Source: a virus
Length of the DNA: 64,000 nucleotides
Virus record (IMG/VR): IMGVR_UViG_3300029999_000002
Coordinates: 25,141-89,140 of that record
Strand: one strand, 5' to 3'
Part shown: one piece after another, positions 48,910 through 58,621 of the stretch
Numbering within the stretch: position 1 is the first letter of the stretch
How the letters are laid out: each line of letters opens with the position of its first letter
Program-made: the position numbers and the translations under genes
Notes under the pieces: model-generated
The model's database searches: none
Seen by the model: the letters and a program-made list of their open reading frames with translations, nothing else
What the model was told of the DNA's origin: nothing

Positions 48910-49129
48910 GGTTTCCTTCCGGATCTATGTAAGGGATTGCAGCACAAGGACCATCATGTCCCAGAGCCCGAGTGCAGTACCAACCAGCTGGGGCTTTGCT
49001 CTGGGCACAAGTGGGAACAGGATGCTTGGCCTGGTACTCACGGTCAGTCAGGAAGATCCTGTCCCAGGCTCGGTCTGTGATTCGTGGGCTGCCAACAGGC
49101 ACGGTGAACCTGGGCTCTGTGTATTTCAT
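48902..49129 (-). CDS. small Cys/His protein
   Basis: C...CTRALGHDGPC. Confidence 0.5.
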   Translation of the reverse strand: MKYTEPRFTVPVGSPRITDRAWDRIFLTDREYQAKHPVPTCAQSKAPAGWYCTRALGHDGPCAAIPYIDPEGNHE

Positions 49130-49518
49130 CAGTACGCTTTCCCTCCTGGTTTCACCCTGTTCTCAAGTTTGTGATCACTACGAACCGCATTGTATGCACG
49201 CTTCTCTTCAACCGCGCCTCCGATGTCATAGCCTTTCCAACCGCAGTAATCAAAAATTCTAATCACAGCGTCAGCCATTTCGACCTCTTCCATCTTGCGA
49301 TGAGGCAGCTTGTCGTCCATCAAGTTCTTGCGGTTGCCTTCCATAGCTTCAGCAATCTCTGAGACCATAAGCATGAATCGCTCACCATCATTCATTACCT
49401 TGGGCAGACCAGTGGTGTGATCCGTGTACCATCCTGCCTTCAGGTTGTCAGCGTGAATCTCATTGGAGAGTCGAGTGAGTGCCTCTGCGTGGAGGTCGCT
49501 ATAAGTGGCTTCCTGCAT
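49129..49518 (-). CDS. MazG-like nucleotide pyrophosphohydrolase
   Basis: LMVSEIAEAMEG.RK...EEVEMADAVIRIFD...KRAYN. Confidence 0.85.
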   Translation of the reverse strand: MQEATYSDLHAEALTRLSNEIHADNLKAGWYTDHTTGLPKVMNDGERFMLMVSEIAEAMEGNRKNLMDDKLPHRKMEEVEMADAVIRIFDYCGWKGYDIGGAVEEKRAYNAVRSDHKLENRVKPGGKAY

Positions 49519-49815
49519 CTACTCAGCCACCGTGATTTCATTCAGGTACTTGATGGAAACCAAATCTTCCAGGGTGTACACGGCAGGCTTTGCGCCGTTG
49601 TCCTTGATCTCTTGGCGCTTCTGGGCTGCAGTCAGGCTGTCATCAGAATTGATTCGGTTGATCTCATCCTGATGGCTCTCTGCATACTCTGCGTTGGTCT
49701 GCTTGATGTAGAACTTGAGAGCAGAGATGGCATCTTTGGCAACGATATTGTCTTCAGTCTCGAAGCCGGCAAAGTCACCACTACGAATTTCCAGCTTGAT
49801 TTCATAAAGTTTCAT
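49519..49815 (-). CDS. hypothetical protein (paralog of 49815)
   Basis: MKLYEI...INSDDSL...TLED. Confidence 0.55.
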   Translation of the reverse strand: MKLYEIKLEIRSGDFAGFETEDNIVAKDAISALKFYIKQTNAEYAESHQDEINRINSDDSLTAAQKRQEIKDNGAKPAVYTLEDLVSIKYLNEITVAE

Positions 49816-50123
49816 TACTCACCATCCGTGATGTCTTTTGAAGCCAGCACTTCATGCTTGAGGTCAACCTTGATCACATTCTCAAGCGTCAAGGGAACAG
49901 ACCATGCTCCACTGAGATCACGCAGCTTTGCATTCTCGCTAAGATTATTATCTGCGTTGATCTCGGCAATGCGCTTCTCGCGCTCATCATTGGCCTGGTT
50001 GAGAGCAATCTTTGCCGCACGGATGAAGTTGATTGCAACCACTGGCTTGGTGATTACAAGAGCATGGTCCAGACCCCAAGTGTTAGGAGTCCGCGAACTA
50101 ACTGTTACTTCAAATAGTTTCAT
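49815..50123 (-). CDS. hypothetical protein (paralog of 49519)
   Basis: MKLFEV...INADNNL...TLEN. Confidence 0.55.
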   Translation of the reverse strand: MKLFEVTVSSRTPNTWGLDHALVITKPVVAINFIRAAKIALNQANDEREKRIAEINADNNLSENAKLRDLSGAWSVPLTLENVIKVDLKHEVLASKDITDGE

Positions 50124-50349
50124 TATTCTTACCTTTCAGGTATGTTGCTATTTCTGTTGTGCTGAGTGTGCTGCCCCAGTGAACCAGTTCCCAATCTCGA
50201 ACACCTTGAGGCAGAGATGTGAACATGATGGCGCTTCGGCCAGCCAGGTCAGCAAGAATGAGTCCTGTGTACGAGGGCAGTTCCTCATGCGTGAGCATGT
50301 CGAATATCCTGCCCTCCTTCACGTATGCATCTGGGTAACAGGGTGTCAC
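50110..50349 (-). CDS. hypothetical protein
   Basis: ORF in operon. Confidence 0.4.
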   Translation of the reverse strand: MTPCYPDAYVKEGRIFDMLTHEELPSYTGLILADLAGRSAIMFTSLPQGVRDWELVHWGSTLSTTEIATYLKGKNNETI

Positions 50350-50460
50350 TACTTGCGCTTGCCTCTGATCGCGTCGATGATCCCAATGACATCTTTGCTG
50401 TTCCAGAGCAGGACGCTGGTAATGATCACTACAAACGTCAATACTGTTTCCAACATGTTC

Positions 50461-52374
50461 CTAAACCTCTACCTTCTCGTTGTCATCTATGATCTGAATG
50501 CCACCAGCCATGATCTTCTTCTGTCCAGCGGTGGTCTCTGTGTCATCGAACTCGCGAATGAGTGACTTCGCACCATCTATCTTGAGAGTCCTGAACCCAC
50601 CAGCTGAGCGCCTGCTGAGACCAAGCTCGATGTACATGTTCTCTGAATGGCTCTGATTGGTTTCCAGCTTGCCAATAGACTCCATTTGCGCCAGCTTCAT
50701 CTTGACTTCAGGGTTGCGGTTAGCAGTGAAGAACAGGTCTGCATCTTTGGTCAGCGTGCTGCTGCCCTCACTGTCATTCACACCAACCATCTTGTCTTCC
50801 TGCAGTTGCTTGGGTTGCGAGATGAGAACAAGTGGAACTTGCAACTCATGCGCCAGAGCTTTCAGACTCTTGCTAACCTGCGACATATAGGCGGGGCGGT
50901 TGTTCGAGTTGTTGCGCCCAATAGTGAGATCGACTAGTATCTGGAAGTTGTCCACCACGATGATTCCAGAGTCATACCTACGCTTGATTCTGCGTAGATG
51001 CGTGAGGTACTCATCAAGGGTTGTTGGATGAGACCGTGTGAAGATGAACTGATTCGGCCGACTCTTTGCCAACCTCTTCCCTTCCTGCATCTGTGCAAGA
51101 GTGAGATCATCTTCGTCAACCCCCAACTTCATAGCAGTCCACTTCTTGGTAAGGTCGTCGCCAGTCATCTCCATACAATCGAAGTGTGGGCTGATGCCAT
51201 ACTGTTCGGCCATGAACTCACAATCGTTAAGACACCAGGTCGTCTTTCCACATTTGGCCGGCGCGAGGAATACAATCAGGTCGCCCTTCTTCTTGCCCTT
51301 TGCGATCTGGTTGATAGAGTCCCATTTGAATTTGTACTCGGGGAGGAAGGACCCAGTGTCACCAAAGTTCTTGATGATGTTGTCGAACGCCTCATCCATC
51401 GTGGTAACGCCTTCGATGTCAAAGGGTCTAGCTGAATCCAGCAAGGCATCAAACTCTTCCTTCGTGTGTCCAGTGTGGAAGAACTCATTCACATCGCTGA
51501 TGGTGGTGCGGGTTCCATGCTTGTCAGTGATGGGAACATCAAGGTCGTAATGGGGAATGTTGACGATGTTGAATCGCTCCACACCGAACCTAGCTGTGAA
51601 CGCCTTAGCACCCTTTAGTCCTGCCTCATCATTGTCCAAGACCAGATATAACTTCTTGGGGAGTTCCAGTAGATCCGCCCAATCCATCTTCTTGGCGTCA
51701 CACCCAGAGATGCCTACTACGTTCGTGTAGCCGGCCTGGAGCAGCATCATTACATCTGTCTCACCCTCTGCAATGATGAGGTATTCCATGTCCTTCTTGA
51801 TGTTGTCCACACGGTACAGGCCAACATCACGCCCCTTAGTGAACCTGAAGTCTTTCACTTCTGGCGCTATGGATTTGTACTTCACACCCGTACACTTACC
51901 CTTGCTGAAGTAGGGGAAGGTCAGCGCGCGAACAGGACCGTTGCCGAAGTTCCTCTTGCTGAGCCCAAGCTTGGAATCCTTGATTGTCTCCATGCTGAAC
52001 CCACGCTCGTCGTTGAGGTAGTTCATCAGTTCGTCATCAGCCAGGAGAGCAGCATGGTGAGCTTCGATGTTCGGGATGTCTTCTATTGGCTTCGTCTTGG
52101 TAGCAGCCTTGGGTTCAGGTTCGTCATCCTCCAGGTTGCTCTTGTGTTCAATAACGTCCCCAAACTTTCTCTTGAAGGTGATCTCATTTACTTTGGTGGC
52201 ACACTTCCCTTTAAAGCACTGGCCCAACCAGTTCTCAATGTTGATCCCGAACTTCTGCTCAGAGTCGTCACAGAATGGGCAGTTGAATAGTGCATTGTTT
52301 CCGTCTAACTGGTAATCAATCTTCTTTGCATCTAAATACTTAATTACATTAGAAGTCAAGCTACGTCCTTCCAA
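50461..52374 (-). CDS. primase-helicase (T7 gp4/Twinkle-like)
   Basis: CPFC zinc finger, TOPRIM EGETD and DNDEAG, Walker A APAKCGKT, VVDNFQ, ISQP. Confidence 0.92.
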   Translation of the reverse strand: MEGRSLTSNVIKYLDAKKIDYQLDGNNALFNCPFCDDSEQKFGINIENWLGQCFKGKCATKVNEITFKRKFGDVIEHKSNLEDDEPEPKAATKTKPIEDIPNIEAHHAALLADDELMNYLNDERGFSMETIKDSKLGLSKRNFGNGPVRALTFPYFSKGKCTGVKYKSIAPEVKDFRFTKGRDVGLYRVDNIKKDMEYLIIAEGETDVMMLLQAGYTNVVGISGCDAKKMDWADLLELPKKLYLVLDNDEAGLKGAKAFTARFGVERFNIVNIPHYDLDVPITDKHGTRTTISDVNEFFHTGHTKEEFDALLDSARPFDIEGVTTMDEAFDNIIKNFGDTGSFLPEYKFKWDSINQIAKGKKKGDLIVFLAPAKCGKTTWCLNDCEFMAEQYGISPHFDCMEMTGDDLTKKWTAMKLGVDEDDLTLAQMQEGKRLAKSRPNQFIFTRSHPTTLDEYLTHLRRIKRRYDSGIIVVDNFQILVDLTIGRNNSNNRPAYMSQVSKSLKALAHELQVPLVLISQPKQLQEDKMVGVNDSEGSSTLTKDADLFFTANRNPEVKMKLAQMESIGKLETNQSHSENMYIELGLSRRSAGGFRTLKIDGAKSLIREFDDTETTAGQKKIMAGGIQIIDDNEKVEV

Positions 52375-52976
52375 ATCTTACGAGTGAGTATGGGGTGAAT
52401 GTTGCCCATACTCACACCAAATTGTTCAGCAAGAACACGGTACTTTACACCGGTTTCTCTAAGTCTTCTTATCTCTCGCACGTCATCCTCCGTAAGGATT
52501 ACTCTTATTCCTCTACGCTTGTTAACAATGTGAGTGACAGGTTCTAAATGCAACGGATTTACACAGGCGCGCTTCCTGTATAGATGATCCAACTCCAAAC
52601 CCTCTGGTATGGGACCAACCATGTTTTCATATACCCACCTATGTGCTGCTTCCGTCTTTAGACCTGTCCACAGACCACCGTATCCCTTTCCCATATAGCA
52701 AGTCTGCCAAAGCCAGCAACCTGTTTCCTGGTCAACAACCCACCGCTCCACGCCATCTGGATCTACCTGACCAAATGGTATTGACTGAGTATTGGTAAAA
52801 GCGGAAGTTCTACATGCCATGCTGCAGAACTTCTTTCGGAGAAACTCGCTAGTTGCTGGACGAATTCTGCCATCTTGGGCACGATGACGAAACATTCTTG
52901 TGTTGCAAACTACACAGAATTTCTCTGGGTCATTGGCAGGATTCCACCACCGTTCTCCAACCTTGGTTGCGCTCAA
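52356..52976 (-). CDS. HNH homing endonuclease
   Basis: GCWLW, GYG, AHRWVY, LDHL...CVNPLHLE..T...N; C-terminal HTH. Confidence 0.85.
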   Translation of the reverse strand: MSATKVGERWWNPANDPEKFCVVCNTRMFRHRAQDGRIRPATSEFLRKKFCSMACRTSAFTNTQSIPFGQVDPDGVERWVVDQETGCWLWQTCYMGKGYGGLWTGLKTEAAHRWVYENMVGPIPEGLELDHLYRKRACVNPLHLEPVTHIVNKRRGIRVILTEDDVREIRRLRETGVKYRVLAEQFGVSMGNIHPILTRKIWKDVA

Positions 52977-54664
52977 CGTAAATTACCCAGCTTCCTAGTT
53001 ATGAACTGTGCTGCCCAACCCTTGTCCATCTGTGCAATCGTGGACTGGGGGACCTTGAACTGCTTTAGCATCTTCAGCTGCCCCTCAGTTACGGGACCCT
53101 TATGCCACTTGGCCTCCCGCTTGAGAAGAGTCAGGAGCGTCCTGCCCTTCTCTGACAGGTTCTTCTCTGCATACGCAAGGGCATCAGGCAGGTTCGCAAA
53201 GTGGTATGCGTCAATAGGTGTCCTCAGGATGGTGCCCTTCACCCTGAACTCACCGAGGACATCACCCTTGATCTCAATCTGTTCCCGACCCGGCATCAAG
53301 AGGCAGTAATGGTCTACACCACGCTTATGCCACTGCAAAGCTGAAGCAGTAGTGATCTCAGAGCAGAAGTCCACCCGAAACAGCATGGCTTCCTCGATGT
53401 ACGCTTTGAGCTTGGTAATGTTGCCCAGCTTGCTCATGTCAAGGTCAGGGAACTTAGCCTGAGCCTGATCGATCAGCTTCTTCGCTTCCATCGCTGACGT
53501 GCCCTGTAGGTCCAGTTCAGGTCCTAGGCCAAACAGTGTGGGCAAAGATACCAAGCTGTGCTTGACACTCGCGTCCACAACATCCAGCAGCAGCATGTCT
53601 ACCTTGTAGCCAGCCTTTAGTCTGCCCTCTGCCCTTGCTCTGACCAGGTTGTCAACTCTGGGGTCAAGCCTGTCTCCACGGACGGTTGCCTGGATGAAAT
53701 AGGTCAGGCTCTTCGTCGGACGCGCCATGATCACACATGACACCATTGGATCGTCGTACCCCTCTACCAGCAGCTGCGAGCAGAGGAGAACCATGAGTTC
53801 CCCAGCCTGATGCTGTCTGAGCTTCTCGTTGCGTTCCGGATCGTCGCCCCAGATTGCCTGCGCCGGCACACCATGTTTCTGGAAGCAAGCAGCAAGGTCC
53901 TTGGCGTGCTGCACAGTGACAGTGAAGCCAATCGTGCGCCGAGGCTGTGCCTCTTTGATCCAAGCCTGCACAATGAGTTCGTTGCGTGCAGGAGTGTTGA
54001 CGGTATCAGCGAGTTCGTCCTGTTTGAAGTCCCCGTTCTGTGTGCCTACATTGCTGAGATCAGTGTGGGTCTTGACCCGAATCCCTCTGACATCAGAGAG
54101 CCATCCGTCCCTGATCGCATCCTGCATACCGTAGGAGAAGACAACCTCCTCGTACACAGCGCCTAGAGCCAATCCATCGCCCCTATGTGGCGTTGCAGTC
54201 AGACCAACCAAGGCTGTGTTCTGGTTGGTGTCATCGAACAGACCGAAGTGCTCGAACACATTCTGGTAGGTATCAGAGATGCTGCGGTGCGCTTCGTCCA
54301 CCATGATCCAAGCAAAGTCCTTGGGGTTGAACTTGGACAGGCGCGCGCCCAGTGACCTTCCGATGGTCTGGATACTGGCTACGACAATCTGTTCGTCAGA
54401 GGTGACCTGATCGGCCATCTCGATCCCAACTGAGAGCCCTGGGTTCCACTTGGTGAGATGGGCAGCAGCTTGGTTGACCAGTTCCTTGGTGTGAACAGTG
54501 AGGAGAGAGCGCTGCCCCTTCTCAGCGAACTGAGGGATGTTGCCGAAGATCAGGCTCTTGCCTGTACCTCCAGCCATAGAGACTAGCTGCCTCTTGACTC
54601 CTGCCTTACGCTTCTCTTGAATCTTTGCTAGGCACGCCTCCTGATAGTTCCTAAGAGCGCACAC
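52973..54664 (-). CDS. SF2 DEAH helicase (Irc3/RadD-like)
   Basis: LRNYQ, GTGKS, DEAH, TATP, EGYDDP, ARPTKS. Confidence 0.9.
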   Translation of the reverse strand: MCALRNYQEACLAKIQEKRKAGVKRQLVSMAGGTGKSLIFGNIPQFAEKGQRSLLTVHTKELVNQAAAHLTKWNPGLSVGIEMADQVTSDEQIVVASIQTIGRSLGARLSKFNPKDFAWIMVDEAHRSISDTYQNVFEHFGLFDDTNQNTALVGLTATPHRGDGLALGAVYEEVVFSYGMQDAIRDGWLSDVRGIRVKTHTDLSNVGTQNGDFKQDELADTVNTPARNELIVQAWIKEAQPRRTIGFTVTVQHAKDLAACFQKHGVPAQAIWGDDPERNEKLRQHQAGELMVLLCSQLLVEGYDDPMVSCVIMARPTKSLTYFIQATVRGDRLDPRVDNLVRARAEGRLKAGYKVDMLLLDVVDASVKHSLVSLPTLFGLGPELDLQGTSAMEAKKLIDQAQAKFPDLDMSKLGNITKLKAYIEEAMLFRVDFCSEITTASALQWHKRGVDHYCLLMPGREQIEIKGDVLGEFRVKGTILRTPIDAYHFANLPDALAYAEKNLSEKGRTLLTLLKREAKWHKGPVTEGQLKMLKQFKVPQSTIAQMDKGWAAQFITRKLGNLR

Positions 54665-55053
54665 TATGCGTCCCGACTGGGATCTTCATACGTTCGGAAC
54701 CCCTTGATCGCAATCGAAGCAGGAGGACCAGGAGGAACATGCCTGGGCCTAGGCTGGTGCATGTCGAGCGATGCCAACACTGCTCCCTGTACGTCTGGTC
54801 CCTTGGTCACAGGCACGGCTACTGGTTCTGCAGCCTGTATAGCTTTGCGTGCACGCTTGGGAGTCGGGTGCTGAGACACAACTGTGTTCTTGGTCAGCTT
54901 CAGGATGGCAGAGTTCAGTGCTGTGACCAGTGCCCATGCTTGGGCTGGGTTCAGTGTGGTTTCAACCTGTTCCCCAGTTGAGTCGTCCGCTGCGATCAGG
55001 CTGATCTCATTCTGCTTCGGCTGGCACAATACCTCGATTGGCGAATCTTCCAA
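54664..55053 (-). CDS. hypothetical protein
   Basis: GAGG RBS, TTG start. Confidence 0.5.
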   Translation of the reverse strand: MEDSPIEVLCQPKQNEISLIAADDSTGEQVETTLNPAQAWALVTALNSAILKLTKNTVVSQHPTPKRARKAIQAAEPVAVPVTKGPDVQGAVLASLDMHQPRPRHVPPGPPASIAIKGFRTYEDPSRDA

Positions 55054-55065
55054 TTGGTTCCTCTT

Positions 55066-55650
55066 TCAGTCACTTTTAAGCTGTTGGGTGTCGAGAATCT
55101 TTTGGAGCAGTGCAAAGAACTGGGGCTGGCTAAGAGAACCCTTTGCCCTATTGCAGTTCCAGCAGGAAGTGACCACATTTTCCGGGGTGTATCCAGCGCC
55201 GGGATCTATCTGATCAAACCCGTTATAAGAGTAGTCATGGTTGCCACGCTTCAGCCTGTTTGAGGGTGGGCAGTCACAATAGAAACAATTTAGCTGTGAA
55301 TGAATCGTGACATACTCAGAAGTCAGGGTGAATGGTAGTTTCTTGAGAAGTGCCCTGCTTCTTATCGCTGCATAAGTTATGTTTCTTGCACCTACATGCT
55401 CACCAAGGTAATTAAGCGGGGCACCTTTGTGGCGATGCCCAAATTCAGTCACTAAACACCCACAAGACTTGACTCTAGAATGTAAGAGGTTAGTTCTTGG
55501 ACGATAAAAAGTTACCGCAGGTTTACAGGAACAGAAGACTTCCCAGCAGGTTGTGTTTTGGCCATAAGCTTGCTCCATTTTCCAGTTACCTGTTGTTGTC
55601 AGTCTGCTAAACGTTTGTCCTTTTAGGGGAGGTTGCGAGATCCTACTCAT
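55066..55650 (-). CDS. HNH endonuclease (homing-type)
   Basis: CSC...KSCGC; CFYC...NGFDQID...GYTPENVVTSCWNCNRAK. Confidence 0.8.
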   Translation of the reverse strand: MSRISQPPLKGQTFSRLTTTGNWKMEQAYGQNTTCWEVFCSCKPAVTFYRPRTNLLHSRVKSCGCLVTEFGHRHKGAPLNYLGEHVGARNITYAAIRSRALLKKLPFTLTSEYVTIHSQLNCFYCDCPPSNRLKRGNHDYSYNGFDQIDPGAGYTPENVVTSCWNCNRAKGSLSQPQFFALLQKILDTQQLKSD

Positions 55651-55655
55651 TGCTA

Positions 55656-56618
55656 CTAGAACAACCTCTCTATGATTTCGCACAGATAGGCAGTGTTGAC
55701 CCGTTCTGGATCTTTCTCTTTCAGCCGTGCGATCAATTGCAGGAAGTAGGCTGTGTCCACACCTGTTAGCTGGTCTTCGAGCACGTTGATGTCAGTCAAG
55801 TCCAGTTCTGAAATCTGCATGGCCATCTTGAGGACTTGGCCTGCGTTGATCCGCCAACCGCGTGCAATGAACTTGCGAAGGCGCACCACCGAACAGACTG
55901 GGTACTTGCTGCCCACATACCGAAGCTCACGAGACAGAAGGCACTCAAGGGCAGCCGGACGTAGAACCAACTCATGATCCCAACTCTTCCAGTAGTTCGT
56001 GCAGTGGGAGAAGTCGTAGTTCTCATGGATTGTGTCAGGCTCACCATAAAACCGAAGTACAATCTGAACCTTGTCTGAAAGCGTGATGGCATTGCTGCTC
56101 AGGAACACAGGACGGAACTGCTTCTCTTCTGGAACAGCCAGCGCCTGGATCTCTGTGTCTTCGTGGACATCAGCAATCTCATCTGGGTTCTGCATGATGG
56201 CAGACACGTAATCAGTGCCCTTCTCATCTGGACCCATCTCGAAGTATTGGTAGGCTTCAGTCTTGGTAGCCTCGCCAGCGATGCCTACAGACTTGGCTCC
56301 GATCTTGATTCGGCCGTCGATGTCTGTGACTTCCAGATCGAACTGAGGGCTGCCATTCTTACTCTTGAACCGGGTCACGTAATACTGAGCAACAGCCAGT
56401 GCTGTGTGGTGATTCTTGAAGTACACGTCGAAGTCGTTGACATCCTCGCCCAGCAACATGGAAGCTATGCAGCCACCTGTGATAATGGTTCCCTTCTCCA
56501 CCATCTTGCGAACAGCTTCATCCTCAATGGTGTCCAACCAGGCGCTCATCTTCTTAGTGAGCACAGCCTTGATTGTCTTGGCCTTCATGCCGTGCCTTAC
56601 TGCAGCAGGTGTCTCCAC
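55656..56618 (-). CDS. Pol-beta-superfamily nucleotidyltransferase-like protein
   Basis: ITGGCIASMLL..VNDFDVYF, YDFSHC, RLRKF..RGW. Confidence 0.7.
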   Translation of the reverse strand: METPAAVRHGMKAKTIKAVLTKKMSAWLDTIEDEAVRKMVEKGTIITGGCIASMLLGEDVNDFDVYFKNHHTALAVAQYYVTRFKSKNGSPQFDLEVTDIDGRIKIGAKSVGIAGEATKTEAYQYFEMGPDEKGTDYVSAIMQNPDEIADVHEDTEIQALAVPEEKQFRPVFLSSNAITLSDKVQIVLRFYGEPDTIHENYDFSHCTNYWKSWDHELVLRPAALECLLSRELRYVGSKYPVCSVVRLRKFIARGWRINAGQVLKMAMQISELDLTDINVLEDQLTGVDTAYFLQLIARLKEKDPERVNTAYLCEIIERLF

Positions 56619-56935
56619 GTAACTCTCCGTCGAACCTTGTTATATTTCTTGAACTTCAGTGGGTAATTAGCGTCAGGCAACACGTCATCACCATGAGGCG
56701 AGACGATCACAATGAACTTCTTCAGGTTCTTTCCATGAACGCAGTCATGGCAGCCAGAGCAGAGGCAGACTAAGTTGCTATCTGTGTCCGGACCTTGGTC
56801 TGATCGGAACTGGATATGGTGACAGCTGATCCCAGAGCGGGAACTGCATACTCTGCACTTGTTCCCATCTCTGGTTCGTACCTTGTCCTTGAGCAGCTTC
56901 AGTTCGGCATCAGGTAGAGAGAAGCGCTTGGCCAC
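56597..56935 (-). CDS. HNH endonuclease
   Basis: RDGNKCRVC...HHIQFRS...NLVCLCSGCH. Confidence 0.85.
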   Translation of the reverse strand: MAKRFSLPDAELKLLKDKVRTRDGNKCRVCSSRSGISCHHIQFRSDQGPDTDSNLVCLCSGCHDCVHGKNLKKFIVIVSPHGDDVLPDANYPLKFKKYNKVRRRVTWRHLLQ

Positions 56936-57747
56936 TACTGGCCGTCTGCCTCATCAACGTCGATGTCCTCTGTGTCCTCATCTTCATCATCTTCAAAGTC
57001 ATTCTCGTCGCCGTCTTCGGTCTCGTCCTGGATGTCTTCTGCTTCACCCTGCTCGTCCACTTGGTTGTTGGGGTCAGCTGCCCAGTCGCCGCACACGAGC
57101 TCCAACGCACTGGCCTTGGATAAATTCTTGGCTTCGCCTGTGAGGATGTCGAACGTCTGTCCAGCTACAGCAGAAGCTTTCTCCAGCGTGGCCTCGATCA
57201 CTTCCTTAGCGTCACGGCGCACTGGCCAGTTCCACCAAGTTAACTCTCCTGCCTTGTCTTCAACAGGTCCCTTGAGCCGTTTTACAATCTCCTTGACTTC
57301 AGCAAGGGAACGATTTGGCGCATCGATCACCAGGTTCCGCATGATGTCAGCCATTGACTCTTCCTTGAGCGTGGCAGGATCAGTGACAGTCAGCGTGTGG
57401 TCGAGACTGTAAATCTCTTTCAGCTTGCTGATGCGCGCCTTGGCGAGATCAGTCTTGGTAACAGTCAGTATCTTGGAGACGTTGCTGATCTGAACCAGGT
57501 AGTCCACTTGGCGCCGGCTGATGTCAACACCAGATGCCTTAATGTATTCAGAGAAGGACTCGAACTTCCATTCGTTCCAAAGGTTCTCTGCCTTGATGGT
57601 TGAGAACAGGTCACCGAGTTCAAAGGTGCTGAGCGTGAGCGTTGTGTCCAACTGCTGAACACGCTTCCGGATCTCGTCTGCTCTGCGACTATCCTGCTCG
57701 ATGATTGCAGCGGGGGATTCCAGTGTAATAACTAGGGGATCTTTCAA
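56935..57747 (-). CDS. hypothetical protein with acidic tail
   Basis: ELGDLF..IK...W...FESFSEYI pattern; D/E-rich C-terminus. Confidence 0.55.
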   Translation of the reverse strand: MKDPLVITLESPAAIIEQDSRRADEIRKRVQQLDTTLTLSTFELGDLFSTIKAENLWNEWKFESFSEYIKASGVDISRRQVDYLVQISNVSKILTVTKTDLAKARISKLKEIYSLDHTLTVTDPATLKEESMADIMRNLVIDAPNRSLAEVKEIVKRLKGPVEDKAGELTWWNWPVRRDAKEVIEATLEKASAVAGQTFDILTGEAKNLSKASALELVCGDWAADPNNQVDEQGEAEDIQDETEDGDENDFEDDEDEDTEDIDVDEADGQ

Positions 57748-57948
57748 CTATTTACCTTTCACACTAATGGTGACTTCGTACCGACCAGCCAGGTACATGA
57801 AGAGGATGACGAGCAGAAACATCACTGTTCCGTAGAGGCTGGCAAAGACAACCGGGAAAATGGGCAGGAACCAGTAGAGGCCAAAGTACGGGTAGCCTTT
57901 CTGGAGATTGAGGACGAGGACCGTCCAGAGGTTCTTGATGGTTTTGAT
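57748..57948 (-). CDS. small membrane protein with probable ATC start
   Basis: AAGGAACCAC-ATC, 66 codons with a hydrophobic helix; stop abuts the next start. Confidence 0.5.
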   Translation of the reverse strand: MKTIKNLWTVLVLNLQKGYPYFGLYWFLPIFPVVFASLYGTVMFLLVILFMYLAGRYEVTISVKGK

Positions 57949-58445
57949 GTGGTTCCTTTCAATTCAAAACTTGTGGCTCGATACGCGGCCTTGGATCGGT
58001 ACAGGATGGCTGCCCCTGTGAATGTGGCACGAGTCAGCTTCCACACCTGAGCCCTTATGTCGACAACATGGGCATCATGGAGTTCATAGCTCATGCCCAT
58101 TGGCTCAGTGTCTTCATGCTCAAGATGCCCCTTGAGTTCAGGGAAGTCCTTTGCAAACAAGTAACCTTCGACCTTCAGCTTGAACCCAGTGATCCATGCG
58201 TTAGTGATGATTCCCACTTTGCGCCTAGCATCGTGCCCATCCCATGTGACCTTCATGTCAACGCCCATACCGATCAGCGTGTGCAAGGAGGCTTCGGCTG
58301 CCTCTTTGGTCAGGATGCACCTATGCCCTCGTGCACCACTTGGGGCCAAGTCGCTAGCAGTGTCGATAACAGTGAGGACACCCTTGAAGGGCAGACGGTT
58401 CGGATGGTTCAGGTCGGCCGCAGCCTGGATGTTCCATGAGTTCAT
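57822..58445 (-). CDS. prohead-protease-like protein (HK97/assemblin fold)
   Basis: GHD.RRKVGII..AWI...L.VEGYL...GMSYE...FTGAAIL...AAY resembles the His/Ser layout of phage maturation proteases. Confidence 0.55.
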   Translation of the reverse strand: MNSWNIQAAADLNHPNRLPFKGVLTVIDTASDLAPSGARGHRCILTKEAAEASLHTLIGMGVDMKVTWDGHDARRKVGIITNAWITGFKLKVEGYLFAKDFPELKGHLEHEDTEPMGMSYELHDAHVVDIRAQVWKLTRATFTGAAILYRSKAAYRATSFELKGTTSKPSRTSGRSSSSISRKATRTLASTGSCPFSRLSLPASTEQ

Positions 58446-58621
58446 TTGGGTTCCTGTCTGGTTGTGGTCGGTGGCAGCCGCTCTGCATGACTCGGCAGCT
58501 GCCACCTACAGCGGTTTAGTTATCCCGCTCCGGAGCCAACTTCATAACTCGGCATTGCCCAACTACCTTGGCAGTTGTGCTCGTCTAGGGAACAGGCTGA
58601 GCCGGATGGACGGATGGTTGA
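58446..58621 (-). ncRNA. putative structured RNA leader
   Basis: Hairpins 58470-58506 (9-bp outer stem), 58510-58529 and 58560-58577. Confidence 0.35.

Noticed and set aside
49417-50565. 382-aa + strand ORF
   Set aside because: Antisense shadow of several coupled - strand genes; no RBS or recognisable motifs.
35758-54664. Inteins or group I introns in nrdJ, recA, primase or helicase
   Set aside because: The ORFs are continuous and of ordinary length, with no evident intein splice-junction motifs.
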